Assembly: GCA_947630015.1 (NCBI GenBank)
Contig: CANRFY010000002.1
Location: forward strand, 54,710-118,709
Length of the DNA stretch: 64,000 bases
Direction: 5' to 3'
DNA from: an uncultured Clostridia bacterium
GTDB lineage: Bacteria; Bacillota; Clostridia; Oscillospirales; CAG-272
The notes below the pieces were generated by a model. The model made no database searches and was not told the DNA's origin. It saw nothing but the letters and a program-made list of their open reading frames with translations. The translations under genes and the position numbers were made by a program. Below, in pieces: positions 36,665-47,061 of the stretch (positions are counted from its first letter, which is position 1; every line of letters begins with the position of its first letter).

Positions 36665-39600
36665 CCGCCGCGCCTCCCCGCGCTTCTGCATACGGCGCGC
36701 GAACGGCAGCGCGCGCAGTCCTCCGGCAGCGCGTCCGCGTCGGCGCGCCCCGACGACAGCTCGCGCGCGATCCCGCGCACGGTGTCCTCGAGCTTCATAA
36801 ACAGTTCCGATATCCCGCCGCCGTCGCAGAGGCATTTTGCCGACGACGCATACGGCGTCCCGTCCGGCTTATAGCGGACGGGGATGTATTCTCCCTCGAG
36901 CGCCGGTTCCATCGCGCGCAGAACGCTTTCGTCCGCGAGCAGAATGCCGCGCCGTTCGAGACGGCGCGCCTCCTCGACGCCGTCCGGCGGAATCAGTCCC
37001 GCGTCCGTGTCGGACGGCCTCACGCCGATATAGAGGAATCCCGCCGGCACAAGCACGTCGCCGTCGGCGCCTCCGAGGCGCCGCACATTTTCGGGATCGG
37101 ACGCGATCGCGTAGAGATAGAGCGGGAGCTGAAGATTATGCCCCGTATCGATATCGTCGGGCGAAAACGTCCTGTACCCCGTCTTATAGTCGACGACGCG
37201 GACGTACACGCGCCCATCGCCGTCGCGGTACGCGTCGACGCGGTCCGCGATCCCGCACAGATATGCGCTCCGTCCGCCGCCGACGTCGATCTTTTTCGGC
37301 ATCATCGAATCGCGTCCGATTCCGAACGGAGCCTCGAACATCACGGGGCGGAACCTGCTCACCTTGAATTCATCCCTGAACGTGCGCAGTAACACAAGCA
37401 CCGACCGCCGCAGGCGGCGGAACAGCTCGCGTCCGCGTCCGTCCGCCTCGCCGCGCGGGCAGGCCCGCGCTATATAGTCCGCGATCACACCGTCGGCGGC
37501 CGCTTCAAGCTGCTCGTCCGTCGCGCCGCCGCCGATCAGACCGGACGAGAATATTTTTTCCAGCACCTCGTGGATGAAGGTGCCGATCTCGGCGTAATCG
37601 AGGCGCGCGCGCTTATGCTCGCGCAATCCGAGTACATACGAGCAGTAAAATCCGAATTTGCACGACACGAAGCTCTCGAGCCTCGACTGTGAAAATCTTA
37701 TGTCGCCGCCGAAAAGCGACGACGCCACATCCATGGATACGGACTCCTCCCCCGCCGATATCGGGTATCCGATCCCGTCCATCGTCCTTATCACCGACGG
37801 CGACGAAAATTCCGGCTCCGACAAAACGAGCCGCGCCGCCTCTCTCAGCTCAGGCGTATCCGCTCTTGTGAGCGCCGACAGCGCGCCGCGGACTGAATAA
37901 ATGTCGTCCGCCTCCGCCGCCCCGTCGAATTTTTCCCGCGTCACGTTCGGGAACAGATTCGTTATGCGCTCGATCACCTCCGGCGGGCGCGTGCCGCGCG
38001 GAGTTCTGTATGTGAAAACGACTCTGCGCCCGAGTCCTATGCAGCGGCTGAAATTGTACAGCTCCATCGCCGACTTGTATTCTCTGCTCTCGCCAACGTT
38101 GACGCCGACGCCCTCGAGCGTTATCCTCTCCGCCTCGGAGAAGAATCCGTCCCCGCCGTATGCGGGGAGTTCCCCGTCCGCGCATCCGAGCATGAATAAA
38201 AGCCGCAGTCCGTCGCGTCCCGCTCTCATCCCGACAGTGTCCGCGATCGCGACCTCGTCAGTGCGCGCCGGTATCGATCCGACCGACAGCCCGTCGAGGA
38301 TCAATCTTAAGCACGATACGTATTCCTGCGCCGACATCGGCGCGCCGCCGAGATCGGCGCTGCCGCCGATCGCGAGCGCGGCCGCCTCCACGAGCGATAC
38401 GGCCCTGTCGGCGAAATCCCGATCGAACGGCGCGCCGTCCTTTTGTTCCTCCACGAGCGCCGCGCGCAGAAATTCTACGGCGGCGGCGCTTTTCGCGTCC
38501 GCCGTCGTCGTATCCGAAAACGCGTCCGCCAGCGCCGCGAGCCGTTCGCATACGGCGCGGCGCGATTCGTTCACGGACGAAAGCGTCCGTTCGCCCGATT
38601 CGGTCCAGTCAACGGTGTATCCGTCGGGATTCATCGCCCAGCCGCCGCCGTCGGGATCGTAAAACGATCTGCCGCCTATGTTCCATGTCGTCATGTATAT
38701 TTCAAGCTCGTCGGCTTCGTCCTCGCCGATTCCCGACAGCCCCGTTTTTATGTACGCGATTATATCGTCGCGCCACCATCCGCCCGAAACGACGCGCAGA
38801 GCGCCGAACAGCGCCGACGTCGCGCGCAGCTTTTCGATCCTGACGCGGTACGACATATGGTACGGGATCCCATACGCGTCGAATACGTCGTCAATGATGC
38901 CGCGGTACGATTCGACCGATCCCGTGCAGACCGCGATCTCGCGGTACCGGACGCCGTCCCTGACGGCGCGCGCGATCTTTACGGCGACGGCCTCCGCCTC
39001 GCCCCGGCGCGTCGGCGCCTCGATCAGCTCAAAATCGCGCACGCGCCCGTCGGACGCGACCTTTTTCACGCTCCAGAGCGAATCGGTCAAAAGCCTGATC
39101 TCGCCGCGCTCCCGATCGGGCAGCGCCTCGATCGAAAACGGACGCCCCGTCGACTCCGCGATCTCATGCAGCCGCAGCCGCGTCCTCTCGATGCCGTCGA
39201 AATCGTGCCTTTTGCCTATATCGGCGGCGCTGCCCGGGATCGTGAATATGACCGTCAGCGACAGCGCGGAGCGCGAAAATTCCCTGATCACCGCGCGCTG
39301 CTGCGCCGTGAAGCCCGCGAACGAAAACATGACGACGTGCGAATTCGACAGAAAATCCGATTTATGCAGCATCGACGCCGCCGCCGACAAAACGTCGAGC
39401 CTGTCGTCGTAATGCTCGGACAAAAGCTCGCCGTAGACCTCGTAGATGTTCGCGATATCTATGTATTTTTCGTTGTCGGACGGCAGCGACAGCGCCGCCT
39501 TCATAAGCGCCTCCGGCGTCACCATGCTCGATTTCAGCTCCTCTACCGCCGAAAGCAGCATCGGCGCCGATTCCGGCGTCGCCGAATCGTAATGCAGAAG

Positions 39601-39900
39601 CGTTCCCTTCAGTATCGACAGCGCGCGCCACATTGTGACAGTCTCGACCGCTCTGTCCGCGTATTTGTATCTGATCCCGCCGAGTGCGCGGAACACGTAA
39701 TCGGCGAATCTGCGGAAGCTGACGACGTCGTAATCGAGCTGCGCGGCCGCCGGCAGCGAACGCGACAGCGCGTCCTCGACTGCGACCGCGATCTGATCGG
39801 GGATGACGACGTAAACGCGTCCCGTTTCGAGCGCCTCCGATACGGCGCGCGAAAGCGCGTCGTAGCCGCTGTTTTGATCGGAACAGTACAGAAGCTTCAT
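36661..39900 (-). CDS. addB: ATP-dependent helicase/nuclease subunit B (AddB)
   Basis: Start at ATG 39900, an ATGA overlap with the upstream stop. Contains the nuclease motif VVDYKTG and Fe-S cysteines (CKFGFYC ... CLC ... CARCRSRAVC). It pairs with addA. Confidence 0.9.
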   Translation of the reverse strand: MKLLYCSDQNSGYDALSRAVSEALETGRVYVVIPDQIAVAVEDALSRSLPAAAQLDYDVVSFRRFADYVFRALGGIRYKYADRAVETVTMWRALSILKGTLLHYDSATPESAPMLLSAVEELKSSMVTPEALMKAALSLPSDNEKYIDIANIYEVYGELLSEHYDDRLDVLSAAASMLHKSDFLSNSHVVMFSFAGFTAQQRAVIREFSRSALSLTVIFTIPGSAADIGKRHDFDGIERTRLRLHEIAESTGRPFSIEALPDRERGEIRLLTDSLWSVKKVASDGRVRDFELIEAPTRRGEAEAVAVKIARAVRDGVRYREIAVCTGSVESYRGIIDDVFDAYGIPYHMSYRVRIEKLRATSALFGALRVVSGGWWRDDIIAYIKTGLSGIGEDEADELEIYMTTWNIGGRSFYDPDGGGWAMNPDGYTVDWTESGERTLSSVNESRRAVCERLAALADAFSDTTTADAKSAAAVEFLRAALVEEQKDGAPFDRDFADRAVSLVEAAALAIGGSADLGGAPMSAQEYVSCLRLILDGLSVGSIPARTDEVAIADTVGMRAGRDGLRLLFMLGCADGELPAYGGDGFFSEAERITLEGVGVNVGESREYKSAMELYNFSRCIGLGRRVVFTYRTPRGTRPPEVIERITNLFPNVTREKFDGAAEADDIYSVRGALSALTRADTPELREAARLVLSEPEFSSPSVIRTMDGIGYPISAGEESVSMDVASSLFGGDIRFSQSRLESFVSCKFGFYCSYVLGLREHKRARLDYAEIGTFIHEVLEKIFSSGLIGGGATDEQLEAAADGVIADYIARACPRGEADGRGRELFRRLRRSVLVLLRTFRDEFKVSRFRPVMFEAPFGIGRDSMMPKKIDVGGGRSAYLCGIADRVDAYRDGDGRVYVRVVDYKTGYRTFSPDDIDTGHNLQLPLYLYAIASDPENVRRLGGADGDVLVPAGFLYIGVRPSDTDAGLIPPDGVEEARRLERRGILLADESVLRAMEPALEGEYIPVRYKPDGTPYASSAKCLCDGGGISELFMKLEDTVRGIARELSSGRADADALPEDCARCRSRAVCRSAGRRGG

Positions 39901-40736
39901 TTCTGCGCCGCCATGATCTCGGCCGCCGCCGCAAGCGCGTCGTCTCTGCATACGGCGTTTGTCGCCAGCGCGGAGCCTGCCGAAAACGCGTCGACCGGCG
40001 AGCCGTCAAGGCGCGAAAACGCGCCTCCAGCCTCGTTCAGTATCAGATACGCCGCCGCGAAATCCCACGGCGACAGCTTCATCTCGAAATAAACGTCGTA
40101 CCGTCCGGCCGCGACATAGCATATATCGAGCGCCGCCGATCCCTCGCGTCTCACCTCGCGGCACGACAAAAACATTCTCTTCGCGAGCGCGAACGTGGCG
40201 TCCGCATACCGCCTTTCATACGGCGTCGTCCCGAACGCGCAGAGCGCGTCCCGCATCTCGCGGCGCGACACCGATATCGGCGCGTCCGCGCCGTTTTTGC
40301 GCATACGCGCCCCGCCGCCCGCCGACGCATAGAACATCTCGTCAAGATACGGATTGTAAACGCATCCGAAAACGACGCTTCCGTTTTCGGCGGCGGCGAC
40401 AGATACGGCGCTGTGCGACAGCCCGTGGATGAAATTCGTCGTGCCGTCGATCGGATCGACGATGAACGAGACGCCGCGATCCTTATAGCTGCGCGCGCCG
40501 TCCGCGTCCTCCTCGGCGAGAAATCCCGCCTCTGGTATTATCTCATGCAGCCGCGAGCATAAAACGCGCTGCGTCTCCAAATCCCAGACTGTCGCGAAAT
40601 TCGCGTCCCCGGGCTTGACCTTCATATGCGATTCGACGTCGTGCGCCGAAAGCAGTCCGCGCCCCGCGCTTTTGACCGCTTCCATTATGTCAGACTTCAC
40701 ATTCTCCGTCAGTATCGTCGCGTTCATGTTCGTCAC
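39897..40736 (-). CDS. Inositol monophosphatase family protein (SuhB-like)
   Basis: 279 aa with the motifs FLAEED, FIVDPIDGTTNFIHG and SPWDFAAA. The GTG start at 40736 lies 6 nt after GGAGG. Confidence 0.85.
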   Translation of the reverse strand: MTNMNATILTENVKSDIMEAVKSAGRGLLSAHDVESHMKVKPGDANFATVWDLETQRVLCSRLHEIIPEAGFLAEEDADGARSYKDRGVSFIVDPIDGTTNFIHGLSHSAVSVAAAENGSVVFGCVYNPYLDEMFYASAGGGARMRKNGADAPISVSRREMRDALCAFGTTPYERRYADATFALAKRMFLSCREVRREGSAALDICYVAAGRYDVYFEMKLSPWDFAAAYLILNEAGGAFSRLDGSPVDAFSAGSALATNAVCRDDALAAAAEIMAAQK

Positions 40737-41610
40737 CGTGATCCTCCCCGTCCCCCGCGCGCATCCCGCGCAGATTTATATTTCGCCTTATCGGCGCCTC
40801 GCCCCTCCACGAAAACGCGCGGCGGTCAAATCCGCCGTCCGCCTCGAGTTCGTCGAGCGTTTTCCCGTCGAGCGTTTTGATCAGTTTATCCTTAAAATAT
40901 GAAAGCGGCGTTTCGAGCGTTCCCGCCGCCCTTGCCGCCGCCGTATACGGACACGCAAGCTGGCATATATCGCATCCCCACACGTATTCGGCCGCCGAGA
41001 CGGCGGCCTCGTCCTCATCCGTCAGCCGCTTTTTCTGCGTGATCGCCGACAGACATTTCCCCGCGTCGATCCTTCCGCCGCCCAAGATCGCGCGCGTGGG
41101 ACACGCGTCCCTGCACGCACCGCATTTGACGCACGATTTTGCCTCGAATGTGGAGCGAAGCTCCACATTCGAGACGATTTTAGGCCATATTGCGGCGGGA
41201 TAGTCCGTATATATTCCGGCGATGAAGACGAACGAGGAATACTCGCGCGTGATGAGCAGGCCGTTCTCGCCGTAAACGCCGAGACCCGCCTTCGCCGCCG
41301 CCGCGACCTCGTGTATCGGCGAATGATCCGCGTATCCCGCGAATTTCGGGTCGGGACATATTCCCGACAGCCGCGCGCACAGATCGGAAAACAGCTCGCG
41401 GCAGAACGCGTGATAATCCTCCGCGGCCGCGTACATCGAGACGTTGCCGCCCTCGCCGCCGTGCGTGAAGTACGGCAGAAGGATCAAAAGCGCGCTGCCG
41501 TCAGACGTGATCCCCGCGCGCTCGAGCAGGTACGGCTTCGCGATTACGCATTCCGAAAGCGGTATCGCGCCGTAAAGCTCGACGCCGTAAAGCTCATACA
41601 GATCGATCAT
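40690..41610 (-). CDS. queG: Epoxyqueuosine reductase QueG-like (DUF1730 + 2x[4Fe-4S]) protein
   Basis: 306 aa with ferredoxin motifs CVKCGACRDACP and CDICQLACP and the QueG-type block CLSAITQKK. It is shorter than canonical QueG. Its 3' end overlaps the IMPase gene by 47 nt. Confidence 0.7.
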   Translation of the reverse strand: MIDLYELYGVELYGAIPLSECVIAKPYLLERAGITSDGSALLILLPYFTHGGEGGNVSMYAAAEDYHAFCRELFSDLCARLSGICPDPKFAGYADHSPIHEVAAAAKAGLGVYGENGLLITREYSSFVFIAGIYTDYPAAIWPKIVSNVELRSTFEAKSCVKCGACRDACPTRAILGGGRIDAGKCLSAITQKKRLTDEDEAAVSAAEYVWGCDICQLACPYTAAARAAGTLETPLSYFKDKLIKTLDGKTLDELEADGGFDRRAFSWRGEAPIRRNINLRGMRAGDGEDHGDEHERDDTDGECEV

Positions 41611-43767
41611 TTACAGTATCGCGATGCCCTCTCCCGCAAGCTCGGCGGTCACGCCGCCGTCGGGAGTTTTGACCGTGACCGTGCCGGACTCGGTCGAATT
41701 ATTGATGACGACGAGCGTTTTCGTGTTCGGATAATATGCGCACTCGAAGTTTTCGCCGTCCGTCATATACGCGTCCGCGAGCGATTCCTTCCCCGCCGCC
41801 CACAGTATCGCGCGGTAGAGGACGCGCGCGTTGCGCGCGTTATATGTAAAGCCCGACATATATACGCCGCGTCCCGCGCCGAACTGTTTGGCCGCGAGCG
41901 TCACGCCCGCGTCGTTGTCGGCAAGCACGTCCGTTGCGGCTCCGAGCGAGTAAGCGCCGGAGGCGTTGTTGTGGAAGCTCGTCGGCTCCCCGTCGGCGGT
42001 GATGAAGTGAGGCTTTTTCTCGTATTTGTATTTTTCAAAGCATATCGTCTCCCCGACCTCGCGGTCGACGCCGATTATATCCGCTATGCGGAAATGGCGA
42101 TAGCCGCCGCGTCTCGCCGCAGGCTCGCCGACGCCGATGACGCCGCCTCCGCGCGCGGCGAATTCCGTTATCGCCGAAAGCAGGCGCGGATCGTCCCAGA
42201 CCTCGCCTCCCGACCAAGCGTCGCCCTCGCGTCCCGCATTGATTATGACGTCCACATCTGCGGGGACGCCGTGTTCGGCGACGTCGCGCGCCGAGATCGC
42301 GCGCACCTCGAACGGCTGACCCGCCATAGCCTCATAGATGTGATTGAGCGGCAGCTCCGGATGCTCGTGCATATGTCCGGCGCAGTTCCATGTGCGCAGG
42401 CTCCCCCACGATTGCAGCACCGCGACGCGGATGCCCGTACTCCACGGGCCGCCCGCCTCATGCAGATCGCGCAGCGTGCGGAATTCGTCCGCGATCTTCG
42501 CGATCTCGTCCTGAAACGCCGGAAACGGCTCCGTCAGCGACAGATATCCGCCGAGGCCGATTCGGTCGATCTTCACGCGCAGAAGCGCGCGGCGCACGCA
42601 CGCCCAGAAACGGCGCGCGTCAGCCTCGGGATGGCCGCCCGGCGCGAACGTCGGCTCGCCGGACAGTCCCGTCGGGAACAGATACGGATGCAGGCGCAGC
42701 TCATGCGTTTTCACATTCGCGCCGGCGCAAAGGCGCGCCTCGAACGCGTTGAACACGCACTTGATCAGTCCGTCGAAGCCGAACTCGTGGAAATGCTCTC
42801 CCCACGGCTCGACGCCTATCCACGTGTCGTCGTAGAACACGTATGCTAACTTCCCGTAGCTGTGGACGAGATCGACGCATTTGCGTCCGAACTCGCGCAC
42901 GAATTTGCCCGTGAACTCCATCCAGTCGCGGTATTTTTCAGTCGGCGGATTGTGCGTCGCGTTATGGCGGTTATTGTTGATGAAATCCTCCGCCGTCATG
43001 CGGTACCCGTACTCGCGCTCGAATTCGTCGAGCGACACGGGATTGACGCTGAAATCGTAGCTGCCCCAGTCGGTGTAGATCGAGCGCTCGCGCTCGTCCG
43101 CGCCCCATATCCATGTGAAATTGTAAAACATCGAGGTGAATCTGACGACCTTCGTCGCCGGATGCGAACGGCACCATTCGTCAAGATACGAGAGAAGCGC
43201 GTCCTGCACCTCGGGATAACGCGGCTCGACCGCCATCAAATGCTCGCGGTCGCCCCAGTCGTTCGTGATGTGATTGTACATCGAGATTTCCTCCCATATG
43301 CGGCACGCGAGGAAGGAGACGGTATAGAAATGATACGGCGCGCACCCCGTCACCGTGACCGTCTCGGATTCGGGATCGTATGACCAGCGCTCGCTCGGGA
43401 CAAGGGTCCCGTCGGTGCGGTCGCGCACCTCCCACAGCTCCTTCACGTCGTCGTCGGGGCAGATCGTGAACTGCTCGCGGAAATACTTTTCGAGCGGCTT
43501 TATCAACAGCGTTTCCCCGTCCGCCATTTTCGGATCGGTGGAGAGGAAATTGCGCTGGAGCATATTCATATGCTTCTTCGCGAACGAATTTATCGAACGC
43601 ACCATGCAGATCGTGGAATATATCGGCACGCCGGAGGCGAGTATCTCGTCCGACAGCGTCGTGCCGTCGCTGTCGCGGATGCAGTCCGCGCCCCATTTTT
43701 CGCAAAGCTCGAGCGTGAGCTTTTCGTATCCGGCCTCGCCGGGAAGTGTGAATCCGCCTTTTTTCAT
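41611..43767 (-). CDS. Glycoside hydrolase family 112 phosphorylase (galacto-/lacto-N-biose or beta-Gal-L-Rha phosphorylase type)
   Basis: Start at ATG 43767. MKKGGFTLPGEAGYEKLTLELCEKWGADCIRDSDGT, YTVSFLA..W.E.SMYNHITNDWGD.EH, GGYLSL and VDVIINAG align along the whole length with Bifidobacterium LNBP as I remember it. Confidence 0.9.
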   Translation of the reverse strand: MKKGGFTLPGEAGYEKLTLELCEKWGADCIRDSDGTTLSDEILASGVPIYSTICMVRSINSFAKKHMNMLQRNFLSTDPKMADGETLLIKPLEKYFREQFTICPDDDVKELWEVRDRTDGTLVPSERWSYDPESETVTVTGCAPYHFYTVSFLACRIWEEISMYNHITNDWGDREHLMAVEPRYPEVQDALLSYLDEWCRSHPATKVVRFTSMFYNFTWIWGADERERSIYTDWGSYDFSVNPVSLDEFEREYGYRMTAEDFINNNRHNATHNPPTEKYRDWMEFTGKFVREFGRKCVDLVHSYGKLAYVFYDDTWIGVEPWGEHFHEFGFDGLIKCVFNAFEARLCAGANVKTHELRLHPYLFPTGLSGEPTFAPGGHPEADARRFWACVRRALLRVKIDRIGLGGYLSLTEPFPAFQDEIAKIADEFRTLRDLHEAGGPWSTGIRVAVLQSWGSLRTWNCAGHMHEHPELPLNHIYEAMAGQPFEVRAISARDVAEHGVPADVDVIINAGREGDAWSGGEVWDDPRLLSAITEFAARGGGVIGVGEPAARRGGYRHFRIADIIGVDREVGETICFEKYKYEKKPHFITADGEPTSFHNNASGAYSLGAATDVLADNDAGVTLAAKQFGAGRGVYMSGFTYNARNARVLYRAILWAAGKESLADAYMTDGENFECAYYPNTKTLVVINNSTESGTVTVKTPDGGVTAELAGEGIAIL

Positions 43768-43990
43768 GATAGTCACGTACCTTTCCGATTTTATGCGACG
43801 CATTGCGCCGTTTTCATTTTATCACGACGGCGCGCTTATTGCAAGGGGGACGGCGCAAAACTGACGCCCGCGAGCTTGCGCCGGCGGGAAAAATTTCCGA
43901 AAATTGCACTTTCGTTTTTTCAGATGTCCGTCGAAATATCTAACCAGGTGAGCAATTTGTGAACATTGCGTAAAAAGTACGTGATTGTCC

Positions 43991-44019
43991 TTGACAAATC
44001 GTCCCCGAAAATGTATATT
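43991..44019 (+). promoter_or_regulatory. Sigma-A-type promoter of the ABC transporter gene (TTGACA-17-TATATT)
   Basis: -35 at 43991-43996 and -10 at 44014-44019, with a 17-nt spacer. It is about 50 nt upstream of the TTG start. Confidence 0.6.
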
Positions 44020-44070
44020 GTATCCGTGCTGTTGTCACTGTTATTCTGATATTGATCGGAGGCATACGAT

Positions 44071-47061
44071 TTGCTCAGACTCGATAATATAACAAAGGAT
44101 TATACGTCCGGCGACGCCGTCGTACACGCGCTGCGCGGCGTTTCGATCGAATTCCGCAAAAGCGAATTCGTCGCGGTTCTGGGTCCGTCCGGCTGCGGCA
44201 AAACGACGCTTTTGAACATAATCGGCGGGCTTGACAGATACACCTCGGGCGAGCTGTCCATAAACGGCCGTCCCACCGTCGATTTCTCCGACGCAGACTG
44301 GGACGCGTACCGCAATCACAGCATCGGATTCGTGTTCCAGTCCTACAATCTGATCCCGCATCAGACCGTGCTTTCAAACGTAGAGCTTGCCCTGACGCTT
44401 TCCGGCGTGCCTAAATCCGAACGCCGCCGCCGCGCCAAGGAGGCGCTCGAACGCGTCGGTCTCGGCGATCAGCTCACCAAAAAGCCGAACCAGATGTCGG
44501 GCGGTCAAATGCAGCGCGTCGCGATAGCGCGCGCGCTCGTCAACGACCCCGAAATACTGCTCGCCGACGAGCCGACCGGCGCTCTCGACTCCGAAAACTC
44601 CGTTCAGATAATGGAGATACTGAAGGAGATCTCAAAGGACCGCCTCATCATCATGGTCACGCACAATCCCGATCTTGCCGAGCAGTACGCGACGCGCATC
44701 GTTCGCCTTCTTGACGGCGAGATCACCTCCGATTCCGATCCCGCGGAAAAATCGGAGCCTCTGCCCGCCGCGTCCGATGGCCAAAAAAAGCGCCGTTCCC
44801 GCGACGAGAAGGCGCGCCACACCTCGATGAGCTTTCTCACCGCGCTTTCGCTGTCGTGCAACAATCTTCTGACGAAGAAGACGCGCACATTTTTGACCTC
44901 GTTCGCCGGATCGATCGGCATTATCGGCATCGCGCTGATCCTCTCGCTCTCGAACGGCATCAGTCTCTACATCGATCAGGTGCAGGAGGACACGCTGTCC
45001 TCGTATCCGATCACGCTTCAAGCGGAGACGCTCGACGTCGGCAGTCTGTTCCGCGCGACGGCGGAGAACAGGGAGAACAACAGTCCCAAGACTGACGAGG
45101 AGCTTGGCGAGTACGTATACGCGAACAACGTCATGTACGATTTCATGAACGCTCTGAACTCGATGGAAACGACGCGGAACAATCTTTCCGCGTTCAAGAC
45201 ATACATCGAGACGGAGAAGGACGGCTCGCTCCCGCTCGCCGATTATGCAAGCTCGATCATGTACGAATACGACGTTCCGCTCAACGTCTATGTCGAGGAC
45301 AAAAACGGCGATATTGTAAAGGCTGACGCCGAATCCCTTATGCAGAGCATGATGTCGAACGTTACCGGCGGCGACGCCGGCGCGATGGCGGGTATGTTCT
45401 CGTCGAGCGCCATGTCCTCGACGATGATGGCGGGATTGAACGTCTGGGACGAGCTTCTGCCCGCGTCCGACGAGGACGGCGGCGGGCTTGTAAATCCGCT
45501 GCTTTACGATCAGTACGATCTTCTCTACGGCGAATGGCCGGACGAATACGACGAGATCGTGCTTGTCGTCGACTACAACAACCGTTTGTCCGATCTTGTG
45601 CTTTATTCGCTCGGACTTTTGACCTCGGAGGAGATGTCGGAATCGTTCATCGCGATGCAGAAGGGCGAGGAGATACACAACGACAACGGACCGTGGACGT
45701 TTGAAGAAATGTGCGCGCGTTCGGTGCGTCTCGTGATCGCCGCCGACTGTTTTGCGAAGGATCCCGTTACCGACGCCTACGTCGACATGACGAAGACCGA
45801 TCTCGGCGTATCGACGCTTTACGCAAACGCGCTTCCGCTCCGCATCTCGGGCATAGTGCGTCCGAATCCCGACGCCGTTTCGACCGCGATATCAGGATCG
45901 ATCGGATACACGACGGCGCTGACCGATTATATAATTTCCGAGACGTCCGGCCGCGACATTGTAAAGTCGCAGCTTGCCGATCCCGACACCGACGTTATAA
46001 CGGGGCTTCCGTTCCCGAAGGAGGACGCGGAGGAACCGACCGCGGACGAGATAAAAGCGGCGGTCGACGCATATATCTCCGGCCTGTCCGCGTCCGAGAA
46101 GGCCGCGATCTATGTTGCGCTCATGTCGTCGCCGAGCGACGAATACGTTGCCGGCGCAGTCGAGCAGGCGTTATCGGGGCTTGACCGCGCCGCGGTCGAG
46201 GCGATGATAGCGGAGCAGTATCCCGAATACGCCTCGATGCTCGGCGATATGCCCGACGAAACGCTGTTCGGATACGTTCGCGAGTCGATCGAGGAGCGCG
46301 TGCGCTCCGAGTATGCGGCGGCGGTCGAGCAGCAGATGAGCGCGCTCGGACTCGATCAGCTTGCGGCGATGTTTGACGCGCTGGAGCTGACGGAAGAAAA
46401 TTACGCTCTCATTTACAGCGATTACGTACCGAATCTCGAATCGGAGTCGACGTATGAGGACAACGTCGATCTGCTCGGGATCGTTGACAAGGACGCGCCG
46501 TCCGCGATCTACATTTATGCGGCGACGTTTGCAGACAAGGATTCGATCTCGACCGTCATTTCCGACTACAACGACGGCGTTGACGAGAAGGATCAGATCA
46601 CGTACACCGACTATGTGGCTCTTCTGATGTCGTCCATCACGACGATACTGAATGCGATCACCTACGTGCTGATCGCGTTCGTAGCCGTCTCGCTTGTCGT
46701 CTCGTCGATCATGATCGGCATCATCACCTACATCTCTGTCCTCGAACGCACGAAGGAGATCGGAATACTCCGCTCGATCGGCGCGTCCAAGCGCGACGTG
46801 TCGCGCGTATTCAATGCCGAGACTCTCATCGTCGGCTTCGCCTCCGGCATGATCGGCATCATCGCGACGCTCCTGCTCTGCATCCCCATCAACCTCATTA
46901 TCCGCGCCCTCACCGATATCCAGAATATCGGCGCCGTCCTCCCGTGGCAGGGCGCCGTCATCCTCGTCATTATCAGCATGAGCCTCACCCTCATCGCCGG
47001 CCTTATCCCCGCTAAACTCGCCGCCAAAAAAGACCCCGTCGTCGCTCTCCGCACCGAGTAA
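44071..47061 (+). CDS. Fused ABC transporter ATPase + MacB/FtsX-type permease with large extracytoplasmic domain
   Basis: TTG start after GGAGG. Contains Walker A GPSGCGKTT, signature LSGGQMQRV and Walker B ILLADEPT. One TM helix follows, then an extracellular region of about 560 aa, then a C-terminal FtsX domain (three TM helices). Confidence 0.85.
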   Translation: MLRLDNITKDYTSGDAVVHALRGVSIEFRKSEFVAVLGPSGCGKTTLLNIIGGLDRYTSGELSINGRPTVDFSDADWDAYRNHSIGFVFQSYNLIPHQTVLSNVELALTLSGVPKSERRRRAKEALERVGLGDQLTKKPNQMSGGQMQRVAIARALVNDPEILLADEPTGALDSENSVQIMEILKEISKDRLIIMVTHNPDLAEQYATRIVRLLDGEITSDSDPAEKSEPLPAASDGQKKRRSRDEKARHTSMSFLTALSLSCNNLLTKKTRTFLTSFAGSIGIIGIALILSLSNGISLYIDQVQEDTLSSYPITLQAETLDVGSLFRATAENRENNSPKTDEELGEYVYANNVMYDFMNALNSMETTRNNLSAFKTYIETEKDGSLPLADYASSIMYEYDVPLNVYVEDKNGDIVKADAESLMQSMMSNVTGGDAGAMAGMFSSSAMSSTMMAGLNVWDELLPASDEDGGGLVNPLLYDQYDLLYGEWPDEYDEIVLVVDYNNRLSDLVLYSLGLLTSEEMSESFIAMQKGEEIHNDNGPWTFEEMCARSVRLVIAADCFAKDPVTDAYVDMTKTDLGVSTLYANALPLRISGIVRPNPDAVSTAISGSIGYTTALTDYIISETSGRDIVKSQLADPDTDVITGLPFPKEDAEEPTADEIKAAVDAYISGLSASEKAAIYVALMSSPSDEYVAGAVEQALSGLDRAAVEAMIAEQYPEYASMLGDMPDETLFGYVRESIEERVRSEYAAAVEQQMSALGLDQLAAMFDALELTEENYALIYSDYVPNLESESTYEDNVDLLGIVDKDAPSAIYIYAATFADKDSISTVISDYNDGVDEKDQITYTDYVALLMSSITTILNAITYVLIAFVAVSLVVSSIMIGIITYISVLERTKEIGILRSIGASKRDVSRVFNAETLIVGFASGMIGIIATLLLCIPINLIIRALTDIQNIGAVLPWQGAVILVIISMSLTLIAGLIPAKLAAKKDPVVALRTE

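Noticed and set aside
40690-40736. 47-nt overlap between queG and the IMPase gene as a sign of a frameshift or pseudogene
   Set aside because: The IMPase GTG at 40736 has a well-placed GGAGG. Both proteins are full length with intact motifs. The queG tail in the overlap is simply an acidic extension.
43804-44070. Divergent intergenic region (minus-strand operon to the left, plus-strand genes to the right) as a possible oriC
   Set aside because: There is no dnaA or dnaN nearby and I found no cluster of DnaA-box-like 9-mers. The region is explained by two ordinary divergent promoters.
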